Below, piece by piece: positions 63,569-64,000 of a stretch of DNA of 64,000 nucleotides. The stretch covers positions 20,760,213 through 20,824,212 of the forward strand of contig OZ234493.1 of NCBI GenBank assembly GCA_965153455.1. Direction: 5' to 3'. This DNA is from Sphagnum compactum (lineage: Eukaryota). The position numbers and the translations under genes were made by a program. Position 1 is the first letter of the stretch. The number at the start of each line of letters is the position of its first letter. The notes below the pieces were generated by a model that saw only the letters and a program-made list of their open reading frames with translations, was not told the origin of the DNA and ran no database searches.

Positions 63569-64000
63569 CCTGGAATCAATCTCTCTCTGCTTGGTACTTA
63601 AAAGAGGTGGAGTTGAATTTTGGGGCAACCCAAAAACCCACTTGATTCTATGACAATAATGTATGTGCTGGAGAAATCGAGAAAAAATGGAGTGCTTGCT
63701 CGCTTGCTGGAAAGATTGAAAAAAAAAGTGTTGGGTGGTGTCACTTGTAACTGACTTTGGAGAATTTTATTGGCATGATTGCTGTCCCACACAAACCAGG
63801 AAAAAAAAGAAGAATCCCAAGTTGAGAGTTTTATCACTTATAAATGAGCGTGAATTGAGTTGTGCTCTCCTCAATCACTTCAGCATTTTCCATGAGATGT
63901 AAACAATGTTTACTCAGACAACAATGTAGGTGGTTATGGTATCATCATCATCCTCTTCACTTTGAAATTAAACCCAAACAAAAAAATCTAGAAATGAGCA

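Overview
Eukaryotic land-plant nuclear DNA with GT-AG introns. Gene content and repeat style suggest a bryophyte, possibly Sphagnum (inference). 1-24 kb is gene-dense: the 3' end of PurN/PUR3 with C/D-box snoRNA-like units in the upstream probable intron, CRR6 head-to-head with SF3B5, an intronless F-box gene, NPL4, a probable spliced non-coding transcript head-to-head with BolA4, and molybdopterin synthase catalytic subunit. 24-59 kb is mostly TE debris: hAT-type MITEs, kinesin-14 gene fragments, Ulp1/RING-like remnants and a pogo/Fot1-like transposase relic. It also holds a young, nearly intact Ty3/gypsy chromovirus (42671-48823, TSD CAAAG) and a bZIP-less, frameshifted duplicate (37.7-39.0 kb) of the TGA bZIP/DOG1 gene at 61.2-63.6 kb. 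Best leads are the chromovirus signals (Tf1-like self-priming site instead of a tRNA PBS, -1 frameshift pseudoknot, 155-bp 5'-UTR array, asymmetric LTRs), the duplicated snoRNA-like unit, and the TGA duplicate whose frameshift brings an ATG into frame with the DOG1-domain half. All calls are by eye; no searches were run.
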